In this document: positions 1 to 8,418 of the stretch, one piece after another
Layout of the letters: each line of letters starts with the position of its first letter
Numbering within the stretch: position 1 is the first letter of the stretch
DNA from: Candidatus Woesearchaeota archaeon
Lineage (GTDB): Archaea; Nanobdellota; Nanobdellia; Woesearchaeales; UBA583
Assembly: GCA_965205335.1 (NCBI GenBank)
Contig: OZ242164.1
Span: 576,001 to 640,000, forward strand
DNA: 64,000 bases
Reading direction: 5' to 3'
Translations under genes and position numbers: made by a program
Notes under the pieces: generated by a model
What the model was told of the DNA's origin: nothing
Databases searched by the model: none
Seen by the model: only the letters and a program-made list of their open reading frames with translations

Positions 1-92
1 TTTCTTGTCTCAAAGCCCGTAAAAATCTCTGCCATTTCCTTTATTTGCTTAACTATCAATTTATTATAAGGTATCTCCATACCCACTTTCAT
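1..92 (-). CDS. Partial hypothetical protein (runs off window start)
   Basis: ATG at 92; open frame MKVGMEIPYNKLIVKQIKEMAEIFTGFETR to position 1; TATA-like tract at ~103-110. Confidence 0.4.
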   Translation of the reverse strand, partial: MKVGMEIPYNKLIVKQIKEMAEIFTGFETR

Positions 93-151
93 AGAAGAAT
101 ATTTATAATAATTTTCTGTCACGATATAGTACATTACATTCCAAACACCAA

Positions 152-1135
152 TTAAAATTCTGATTCAATGTTCACATAAGCATTTGGTTTCAAATCATTA
201 ATATCAGTTCTTGCAGAGGCTCTGTCTAAATACCCCTGCCATGCAATCATAACACCATTATCCAAAGCATACTCCATACAAAAACTATCATACTTAGCCC
301 CTCTTTGCCGACACATCTCCCCTGCCATTTCTGTTAATCTCTTATTTGATGCAACCCCTCCAACAATTATCATCTCCTTTTTATTAGTATAAGCCATCGC
401 CCTCTCGCATATTTCCATAACCATTGCAAAGCAATTCTCCTGAAGAGAATAACACAAATCCTCTATTTCATACTTTTTAGAGTTCACCTTCTGCTTTAAA
501 TTAGAATAAATTCCTGCAAGAGATAAATTCATCCCCTTAACTGTATACGGCAATTCAACAAACTTTTCCGACTTCTTAGCCATTTCCTCAATCTTAGGAC
601 CTGCCGGAAAACCAAAACCAATAAACCTTCCAAACGAATCAAACAAATTCCCAAGTCCTATATCCTCACTCTCACCATATATCTTATACCTCCGCGTCTC
701 ATCCTTTGCAATAACCTGAGTATTCACACCAGAAACATACAAAAACATAGGCTCAGACATCCCCGTAAGCATCTTTCCAATTTCCAAATGAGCCTTTATA
801 TGATTTACTCCAACAACTGGAATATTATATTTTAAAGATAAAACCTTAGCGCAAAGAGAGCCAATCTTTAACGAATTACCAATGCCAGGTCCTCTTGAAA
901 AAGAAATCAAATCAATATCACAAAAACCTTTCCCAATAGATTTCAAGAATTTCTTTGCCTCCTTTAAAACACAATCAAAATTTGCAACATGAAAATCAGA
1001 AAGTTTTCTTAAATCCATTCCATCAGAAGAATCCTTAAACGAAGACTTCTCATTAAAAAGAATCTTCTTCTTAGAACAATCAACTATTCCAATTCCAAAA
1101 GTATGAGCAGTGCATTCAATCCCAAGAACTAACAT
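152..1135 (-). CDS. kae1: tRNA N6-adenosine threonylcarbamoyltransferase Kae1/TsaD
   Basis: MLVLGIECTAHTFG start, GPG, VNHxxAH, GGVASN and DNGVMIA motifs; start moved to ATG 1135. Confidence 0.93.
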   Translation of the reverse strand: MLVLGIECTAHTFGIGIVDCSKKKILFNEKSSFKDSSDGMDLRKLSDFHVANFDCVLKEAKKFLKSIGKGFCDIDLISFSRGPGIGNSLKIGSLCAKVLSLKYNIPVVGVNHIKAHLEIGKMLTGMSEPMFLYVSGVNTQVIAKDETRRYKIYGESEDIGLGNLFDSFGRFIGFGFPAGPKIEEMAKKSEKFVELPYTVKGMNLSLAGIYSNLKQKVNSKKYEIEDLCYSLQENCFAMVMEICERAMAYTNKKEMIIVGGVASNKRLTEMAGEMCRQRGAKYDSFCMEYALDNGVMIAWQGYLDRASARTDINDLKPNAYVNIESEF

Positions 1136-1305
1136 AAAAAAGATAAGAACAACTAACTTATAAAATATTCCAAAGAAGATGCACAGTAACAAAAGTGAAT
1201 ATGTTGTAGATATGGAAATTATGTAACTTTGGAAATTGTTTTTGGATGCTATACTAAAAATTAGTGTCTGGAAAAGTTTAAAAAAAGTTTTTTTTCTTAT
1301 GTTCT

Positions 1306-2433
1306 ATGGAAGAAAGAGAAAATATTTTAAAAGAGATTGAAAAAAGGGAAAAAGAGATAAAGAAATATCATGAGTTATTTTTTGGTTACCCTTGTAATGC
1401 TTGTTTTAATTATAAAAAACTTTTTGGTTTTATGAATTATCCTATTAATAATGTTGGGGATCCTTTTGTTCCTTCTTCGTATAAACTCTCTACAAAAGAC
1501 TTTGAACAAAAGGTTTTGAAATTCTTTGCAAAACTCTACAAAATTAAAGAGGATGTGTTTTGGGGATATGTTACTTCTGGAGGAACGGAAGGGAATATGT
1601 ACGGATTGTTTTTAGCAAGAGAGTTATATCCTAATGGAAGACTTTATTTTTCAGAGGATTCTCATTATTCCATTCTTAAAATTGCAAAGATATTAAAGCT
1701 AAAGTATTCTATTGTAAAGTCTCTAAACTCTAAAACTGAATGGGGAGAGATTGATGTTAAACATTTAGAGAAACTTCTAATTAAATATAAGAAATCCCCT
1801 CCAATATTAAGTTTGAATATAGGAACTACTATGAAGGGTGGGATTGATAATCTCAATGAAATTTGTGCTATTTTTAAAAGGCATAATATTAAAGAGCATT
1901 ATATTCATTGTGATGCCGCTCTTTTTGGAATGATTATTCCTTTCTTAAAGAAAACTCCTGTAATTGATTTTACTCAGCCTATTAAAAGTATTGCTATCTC
2001 AGGGCATAAGTTTATAGGCTCTCCTATTCCTTGTGGTATTGTTCTTACTAAAAAAGAGTTTGTTAAGAGAATAGAAACAAAGATAAGTTATATTGATACA
2101 TTAGATACTACTCTTTCAGGTTCAAGAAATGGAATAACTCCTCTTATTTTATGGTATGCTATTAAAACAAGAAAACTTACAGGGTTTAGAAAGGAGGTTA
2201 ATGCTTGTATAAAGAACTCTAAGTATCTTTATGCTTCTTTGAGGAAAATAAAATATCCTGTGAGGTTAAATGAGTTTTCAAATACTGTTGTTATTAAGAA
2301 ACCTGTTGATGAGAGATTTGTAAAGAGGTGGCAACTTGCAACTCAGGGGGATTATGCTCATATTGTTGTTATGCAACATATCACAAAACAAAAAATAGAT
2401 AGATTTATTTCCGAACTAAAAAAGACATTGTAG
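1306..2433 (+). CDS. PLP-dependent histidine/serine decarboxylase (group II)
   Basis: GYP, NNVGDPF, WGYVTSGGTEGN, HYS, HCDAAL, SGHK (PLP lysine), GSRNG. Confidence 0.88.
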   Translation: MEERENILKEIEKREKEIKKYHELFFGYPCNACFNYKKLFGFMNYPINNVGDPFVPSSYKLSTKDFEQKVLKFFAKLYKIKEDVFWGYVTSGGTEGNMYGLFLARELYPNGRLYFSEDSHYSILKIAKILKLKYSIVKSLNSKTEWGEIDVKHLEKLLIKYKKSPPILSLNIGTTMKGGIDNLNEICAIFKRHNIKEHYIHCDAALFGMIIPFLKKTPVIDFTQPIKSIAISGHKFIGSPIPCGIVLTKKEFVKRIETKISYIDTLDTTLSGSRNGITPLILWYAIKTRKLTGFRKEVNACIKNSKYLYASLRKIKYPVRLNEFSNTVVIKKPVDERFVKRWQLATQGDYAHIVVMQHITKQKIDRFISELKKTL

Positions 2434-2490
2434 AGTGGTAAGTATTAGTTTCTATGTGAGTGTTAGAATTAGGGACATAATTTTGAATTC

Positions 2491-2618
2491 GGCTCTGTCC
2501 GAAAATTCAAGAGAACTTAAAATATTGTATCAGTAAAGCAATTTTTGACAAATTATTTTTTTCTTTGACTGAATATAGTTAGCATAGATTTTGGAAAAAC
2601 CAATTTCCGGACAGATGG
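2491..2618. mobile_element. MITE family A, copy 1 (128 bp, right TIR degraded)
   Basis: Left TIR GGCTCTGTCCGAAAATT; body aligns with 28795-28922; ends CCGGACAGATGG. Confidence 0.85.
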
Positions 2619-2628
2619 ACGAATTCGT

Positions 2629-2756
2629 GGCTCTGTCCGGAAAGTCAAGAGAGCATAAAATATTATATAAATAAAACAATTTTTGACAAATAATTTCTTT
2701 CTTTGATTGAACATAACTAGCATAGATTTTGAAGAAAACAATTTCAGGACAGAGCC
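2629..2756. mobile_element. MITE family A, copy 2 (128 bp, tandem with copy 1)
   Basis: GGCTCTGTCCGGAAAGT ... ATTTCAGGACAGAGCC; both tandem copies are followed by ACGAATTC. Confidence 0.85.
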
Positions 2757-2805
2757 ACGAATTCCAAAGTTTTATAAACAACTTGCTGTTAAAACTTCTT
2801 ATTTA

Positions 2806-3882
2806 ATGGACCTAAAATTCGGGCTAATTAGTCTGGGGAGTACCTCCTCTAAGATGATTTTGGAAGAAGCAAAAGCTTACTTTGATGTAGTAGATAGTAT
2901 TGACCTAAAAAAGATTGAAATCAAAATTAACGATAGTATATCAGTATTATATGATGGAGAATCTCTCCCTGAATATGACTGTCTATACTTTAAGGGGAGT
3001 TTTAAATACTCTACACTTCTTTTCTCTCTCTCTGAGATCTTTAAGGATAAATGTTATATTCCTATCAGACCAAACGCTCATATAATTGCTCATAACAAAT
3101 TTATGACTCATCTTCTCTTATCTTCCGATAAATCCCTTAAAATGCCTTCAACTTACTTTACAGCAAAGATTTCCGAAACTAAAGCTTTCTTAAAAACTCT
3201 TAATTATCCTATTATTATGAAATTTCCTTCTGGAACTCATGGTAAAGGAGTTATCTTTACAGAAAGTTATTCAAGCGCCAGTTCTATGATTGATGCTTTA
3301 GATGTCTTCGATCAGCCTGTAATCATTCAGGACTACGTTAATATAAAGTCAGATCTAAGAATTATTGTTGCAGGAGATAAAGTCGTTGGAGCTATGAGGA
3401 GGATTGCAAAAGCCGATGATGTCCGTGCAAATGCTCATGCAGGAGGCAATGCTGAACCCTATTTACCAACTCCTGATGTCAAAAGAATGTCAATTAATGC
3501 TGCAAAAAAAATTGGAGCTGATATTTGCGGTGTAGATATTATAGAAACTGATTATGGACCTCAGATTCTTGAAGTAAATACTTCACCTGGGCTTCAGAAG
3601 ATTACAGAGGTTACAAAGAAAAACATAGCAAAGGAAATTGTTGAGTTCCTATATGAGAAAACAAAGGAAAGAAAAGAAAGAAAAGACAAAACCATTGCAA
3701 AATCAATGGTTGGAGAATTGGGAATTGATGAGATTGGAATTCGTGAACTTGAAGGAGATATTAGAATAGTTAACGGAAAAATTGTTCTGCCTGAATTTGT
3801 ATCAAAGATGAGTGATTTTAGTGATGGGGAAAGCGTTAACTTAAAAGTTTCAAAAGACAGTGTAACAATTGGCAAAAACTAA
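2806..3882 (+). CDS. RimK-family ATP-grasp ligase with short C-terminal AbrB-like extension
   Basis: NKF, GTHGKGV, DLRIIV, RANAHAGG, GVDII, EVNTSPG; start ATG 2806 behind TATA at 2771. Confidence 0.88.
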   Translation: MDLKFGLISLGSTSSKMILEEAKAYFDVVDSIDLKKIEIKINDSISVLYDGESLPEYDCLYFKGSFKYSTLLFSLSEIFKDKCYIPIRPNAHIIAHNKFMTHLLLSSDKSLKMPSTYFTAKISETKAFLKTLNYPIIMKFPSGTHGKGVIFTESYSSASSMIDALDVFDQPVIIQDYVNIKSDLRIIVAGDKVVGAMRRIAKADDVRANAHAGGNAEPYLPTPDVKRMSINAAKKIGADICGVDIIETDYGPQILEVNTSPGLQKITEVTKKNIAKEIVEFLYEKTKERKERKDKTIAKSMVGELGIDEIGIRELEGDIRIVNGKIVLPEFVSKMSDFSDGESVNLKVSKDSVTIGKN

Positions 3883-4250
3883 TCTTTCAGAACACCTTTA
3901 AGCGTTCCTGAAACTTTAATTATTTCTATTTTTGCTGGAGTTTTATCTATTCTCTGAATCAGAGAAAGAACTCCAATTAGTTTCTCCTTTGTTCTCGTAT
4001 CAACTTTTATAACTAATTCCTGATTTTTTTCATTAAACTTATCTCTAAGAATCCAAAACCCTGATTTTGATATCTCAATACTCCCTAAAAACATTATAAC
4101 CTGCGATAATATGCTCTCTGATAGTTCCTTAAATTCAAATTTCTTATCAGAAACTATTTTTGCTCTTATGAACCTCTTCTTTGTTCTAAGCGTTGGCGAG
4201 AGAGGTTTTAGTTTTGAATCATAAGAAGCATTCTTAGTTTTATTTAACAT
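3879..4250 (-). CDS. Ribonuclease P protein component, Pop5/Rpp14 family
   Basis: LKPLSPTLRTKKRFI N-terminus and VSGTLK C-terminal motif. Confidence 0.85.
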   Translation of the reverse strand: MLNKTKNASYDSKLKPLSPTLRTKKRFIRAKIVSDKKFEFKELSESILSQVIMFLGSIEISKSGFWILRDKFNEKNQELVIKVDTRTKEKLIGVLSLIQRIDKTPAKIEIIKVSGTLKGVLKD

Positions 4251-4381
4251 GTATTAATTCTTTATAACTGCTCTTTTATTAAAAAGCTTTGTTATATCAA
4301 AATAAGAAGACGAAAATAATTAACCTCCAAAAGTTAAACATAAATATTATAAAGCAAAGACACAAAGTTAAATTTAGCACA

Positions 4382-5296
4382 ATGGCTACAAATTCAAAGA
4401 AAAAAACAAAACCAAAGAAAGCAACAGAGAATATGAAGGCAACAATGCATAGTGAACAGTGTGATACAATGGCTAATGGAAGTTGTTCAAGTAACATAAA
4501 CACATTACTCATAGTTTTAGTAGTGTTGGCTGTTATACAACTTATTTTCTCTGTAATGATGTTGTACCCTCAAGGCAATGATACAGATATGAACATGATG
4601 GATAAAGGTATGAATTTAGATGATTCCTTAATGAAAAAAATTGACTCAATAGAGAGCAAAGTAAATTCAATTGATAATTTCTTTGCATCAAATGTCCAAG
4701 GCTACAATCCTGGTTCAGATAATGGACAACAAGTTGCTCCTACACCAAGTGCTCCTTCTCAACCTGTTGGAGAGCCAGATATAAATGGAGAGCCAACTCT
4801 TGGAGATGCTAATGCTCCTGTAACAATTGTTGAGTATAGTGACTATGAATGTCCTTTCTGTGCAAGATTCTACAGCCAAACTCTTGGACAGTTAAAAAAA
4901 GAATACATAGACACTGGGAAAGTTAAACTTGTATACAAAGATTTCCCATTAGATTTCCACCAGAATGCAAAACCTGCAGCAATTGCAGCAAACTGTGTAC
5001 ATAAAGAATTAGGAAATGTGAAATATTTCGAATATCACGATATGATCTTTGAGAACCAACAAAGTCTTAACACACAGAATCTTAAAAAATGGGCTCTTGA
5101 ATTAGGAGTATCTGAGAATGCTTACGATACTTGTATTAATGACCCACAAATGGCAGCAGAAGTTGAGGAAGACACGAGAGAAGGAAGTTCATTTGGTGTT
5201 AGCGGAACTCCATCATTTCTAATCAATGGAGAACTTATTGTTGGAGCTGTACCTTACAGCCAGATTAAAGCAACAATTGATAGCAAATTATCATAA
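4382..5296 (+). CDS. Membrane-anchored DsbA/thioredoxin-fold disulfide oxidoreductase
   Basis: TM helix, GDANAPVTIVEYSDYECPFC, GTPSF. Confidence 0.9.
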   Translation: MATNSKKKTKPKKATENMKATMHSEQCDTMANGSCSSNINTLLIVLVVLAVIQLIFSVMMLYPQGNDTDMNMMDKGMNLDDSLMKKIDSIESKVNSIDNFFASNVQGYNPGSDNGQQVAPTPSAPSQPVGEPDINGEPTLGDANAPVTIVEYSDYECPFCARFYSQTLGQLKKEYIDTGKVKLVYKDFPLDFHQNAKPAAIAANCVHKELGNVKYFEYHDMIFENQQSLNTQNLKKWALELGVSENAYDTCINDPQMAAEVEEDTREGSSFGVSGTPSFLINGELIVGAVPYSQIKATIDSKLS

Positions 5297-5390
5297 ATTC
5301 TTTTTCTTTTAACATTTAAAAGAACACATAAATATCTAATATTATAGATTATATGAAAAGTATTATAAACAACAAATTCTCAAACTAAAT

Positions 5391-5828
5391 ATGATGAAAA
5401 AACACAAATTCAAAGGAATAGAATATAAAAGCACAGGTGAGTATGAAATTGCTAAATTTCTAACAAGTCTTGATTTAGAATTTGAATATGAATTTCCAAT
5501 AGCTATAGTTGATAATAAAAAACCAAAATTATGGTACCCAGATTTCTATCTAAAAGAATACCAAGTAGTGATAGAATATTTTGGAATGTACAATTATAAC
5601 AAAGTGTATAAAGACAATGCAGAACATAAAAAAGAGATATACAAACAATGTGGAATTCAGTTTGTTGCAATATATCACATAAGTAAAAATTGGCAGGAAT
5701 ATCTACTAAAAACAATTCTTACGCATCAGGAAATAAAAGCCAAAAAGATGACATCCATCTTAGATAAATTTGAGAAGAAAAATAAAGGTTTTGCAAAAAA
5801 ATTCAGATGGGATTTCTGGAAGCATTAG
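5391..5828 (+). CDS. PD-(D/E)XK-like nuclease domain protein
   Basis: KSxGExxIA...EYE...YPDFYL...IEYFG; paralogous to 58012-58776. Confidence 0.6.
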   Translation: MMKKHKFKGIEYKSTGEYEIAKFLTSLDLEFEYEFPIAIVDNKKPKLWYPDFYLKEYQVVIEYFGMYNYNKVYKDNAEHKKEIYKQCGIQFVAIYHISKNWQEYLLKTILTHQEIKAKKMTSILDKFEKKNKGFAKKFRWDFWKH

Positions 5829-5829
5829 A

Positions 5830-6150
5830 ATGAAAGAAATTAAAACTGAAAATAAATTACATGTATTTGTTTGTGTAAATGAGAGAATTAACAAAGATTC
5901 CTGCTCACATACAATTTCTCAAAAAGATTTTTATGAATTAAAAAAATGGGCGAAAGAAGAAGGACTAATTCCCAATATATTCATAACAAAAACAGGCTGT
6001 CTTGGATTCTGTAACCCTATTGGAGGATGCATTGCAATATATCCTAATAAGAAATTCTACTCCGAAATAAAATCAATAGACGAAATAAAGGAAATAATTA
6101 GAAAATTTTCAAAAGAGAATTTAGAAAATACTTTGGAAATGAAAGTTTAA
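5830..6150 (+). CDS. Thioredoxin-like [2Fe-2S] ferredoxin
   Basis: HVFVCVNER...SC...TGCLGFC...IYP pattern; start ATG 5830. Confidence 0.8.
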   Translation: MKEIKTENKLHVFVCVNERINKDSCSHTISQKDFYELKKWAKEEGLIPNIFITKTGCLGFCNPIGGCIAIYPNKKFYSEIKSIDEIKEIIRKFSKENLENTLEMKV

Positions 6151-6240
6151 GGAATATTTGCATAAATGAATTTAAACAATTTTGATAATATTGATTTCAC
6201 AAAACCTTATAAATCAAAATTCATTACTAATTAGTTAAGA

Positions 6241-7233
6241 GTGGTGTCTTTGTTAAGGGAGAAAACTAACAGTTCAGAAAACCATAGACTGGAACAAAGA
6301 TTAGAAGGTTGGAGAAGATTAGACTATTTAGGAAGAGAATACGTTAGATTATACAAAGATTTAGTCCATGAAGATGAGCAAGGTAATCCATTACCATTTG
6401 AAGAAACCCCTAAAATGAGATCTACTAAAGACGAAATTCTCACAAAAATTCAGCGTTATTTACATTATCTAATGAGGGAAATTGTTTTCAAAGGCAAAAC
6501 AATAAATCTGAGAGGTAGAGAAGTTGGACTTTCCCTATTTGGTAATCCAGAATGGGTGAATAATAGAGAGTATCTTCTCAATGAAGTAATTCAGGATGCA
6601 AACTTAGCAATTCTTGAAAATTTACATAAATACAATCCAGAATTTGCCTTCTCACAATATGTTTCTCTTATGTTTGTAACAGGTGTTAAAAGATATATGA
6701 ATAAAAGAAGAGGTTTAATCAGAATCTCCATTCATAGACAATCACCTTTTTTTTGGAAATGTCTAAGCAAATCAAACGGATTAGAAGATTTTGTTAGATT
6801 AGTTAATAAAGAAACAGGATTGAAGGATAATGCATGCTGTGCTATTTACTTTGGATTAACAAATGAGTATGAACCTCTCTTTGAAGAACCCCAATATAAA
6901 CAAGAAGATGGGAGTACTGCCCCTCTATCTTATGAGGAAAGCCTTGCAGATGAATCCTTATCAGGAAGAGACCCTTTAAAAATATTTGAGAAATTTGAAC
7001 TTCGTGAAAATACCAGATATGTTTTAAGTGAGACACGACTAACCAAACGTGAACGAGATATAATCTCTCTTCATTTTGGATTAGACAATAATAAAGAGTT
7101 AACTTTAGAAGAAATTGGAAAAAGGTATGGTGTAACAAGAGAGGCAATCCGACAGATTGAAGCGGAAGCATTTAAAAAATTACGCAGAAGAACTCTTAAT
7201 ACCCCTCACCTTAAAGAATATCTTGGTTCTTAA
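6241..7233 (+). CDS. Sigma-70 family RNA polymerase sigma factor homologue
   Basis: Region 2-like IQDANLAILENLHKYNPEFAFSQY; region 4 LTKRERDIISLHFGL...TLEEIGKRYGVTREAIRQIEAEAFKKLR. Confidence 0.85.
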   Translation: MVSLLREKTNSSENHRLEQRLEGWRRLDYLGREYVRLYKDLVHEDEQGNPLPFEETPKMRSTKDEILTKIQRYLHYLMREIVFKGKTINLRGREVGLSLFGNPEWVNNREYLLNEVIQDANLAILENLHKYNPEFAFSQYVSLMFVTGVKRYMNKRRGLIRISIHRQSPFFWKCLSKSNGLEDFVRLVNKETGLKDNACCAIYFGLTNEYEPLFEEPQYKQEDGSTAPLSYEESLADESLSGRDPLKIFEKFELRENTRYVLSETRLTKRERDIISLHFGLDNNKELTLEEIGKRYGVTREAIRQIEAEAFKKLRRRTLNTPHLKEYLGS

Positions 7234-7351
7234 ACTTAATCTCTATACAACTTTAGAAGTTGGAACACAGTAAACAAAAAAGAAGTTTTAAATACATATT
7301 TAAAACAACACATATTCTAATATACAAAGAAAATCTATATGGTGATAAGTA

Positions 7352-8395
7352 ATGAAATTAGTAAAAACAATTCTTAGCATATTTATAGTTGCCCTCACTC
7401 TATTTCTTGTATTTATCCTATGGGCTTCATCTCAAAGTGGCATAGCACACCAGATAAATGGCGTACACACTACAACAAACACATCCTATAACTCTCCCTA
7501 TGAAAGTTTAGACAACAATAAAATAATAATAGCAACATATAATATTGGATATTTTTCATATCTTTCAAATATGGGTTTATATATTGATAAGAATATCAAT
7601 GAATCCTTCCAGAAATTTGACAAACGCCCATCCAAGAACATATATGATACCGCAGAGAAGACATTTCAAAAAATAATGAAAGACAAACAAATAGATATAC
7701 TTGCCACACAGGAAGTTGATTTTAAAGCATATCGCTCATACCATGCTAATCAGGGAGAGATAATTACATCACTCCTATCATTTCCTTATTCTGCATACAT
7801 AGTAACATGGGATAAAACTTTTGTACCATACCCCTATTCATTTGATTACGCAACACGTGATGTAGTTTCAGGACAGGGAGTATTTTCACGCCACCGTATT
7901 ATCTCGCAGGAAACCATTAGCCTCCCTCAATCAGGCGGAATCCTTCGCCGGCACTTTGATTTTAAAAAAAAGATACAAATAATAAGTATGGAAATTGACA
8001 AAGAAGTTGTATATATCATACACGCGCATCTTGATGCCTTTGATGCAGATACCAACTTTAAACAGGGACAGATACTTTTTGATACATATAAAAAAACTAA
8101 AGAGAAGGGTCCAACAATTGTACTTGGCGATTTCAACAATGATATAAAAACAGAAAAAGGGGAGAATGCTCTCTCAATATTTTTAAAATCTGATGAGATC
8201 GCACATATCTCGCAAGAGCCTCTTGATGAAAATTTCTATACATACCCATCAAATAACCCCATATTTCCTATTGATCACATACTATATGACCCAGATCATT
8301 TCTCTGTTGAAAAATGGGAAGTACTTAATATCTCAGGGGTATCTGATCACCTTCCAGTTATCGCAACACTGCATCTTATTAACAAATCACAATAA
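7352..8395 (+). CDS. Endonuclease/exonuclease/phosphatase (EEP) family protein, N-terminal membrane anchor
   Basis: TYNIG, QEVD, HLDA, GDFN, IDHI, SDHLPV. Confidence 0.88.
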   Translation: MKLVKTILSIFIVALTLFLVFILWASSQSGIAHQINGVHTTTNTSYNSPYESLDNNKIIIATYNIGYFSYLSNMGLYIDKNINESFQKFDKRPSKNIYDTAEKTFQKIMKDKQIDILATQEVDFKAYRSYHANQGEIITSLLSFPYSAYIVTWDKTFVPYPYSFDYATRDVVSGQGVFSRHRIISQETISLPQSGGILRRHFDFKKKIQIISMEIDKEVVYIIHAHLDAFDADTNFKQGQILFDTYKKTKEKGPTIVLGDFNNDIKTEKGENALSIFLKSDEIAHISQEPLDENFYTYPSNNPIFPIDHILYDPDHFSVEKWEVLNISGVSDHLPVIATLHLINKSQ

Positions 8396-8418
8396 CCAAA
8401 AGGAAAATCAAAAAATCT

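Noticed and set aside
2530-2805. Short ORFs 2530-2781 and 2553-2741 and the N-terminal extension of the RimK ORF
   Set aside because: They are translations of MITE DNA; the TATA position supports ATG 2806. The same applies to track starts 30229 and 33095.
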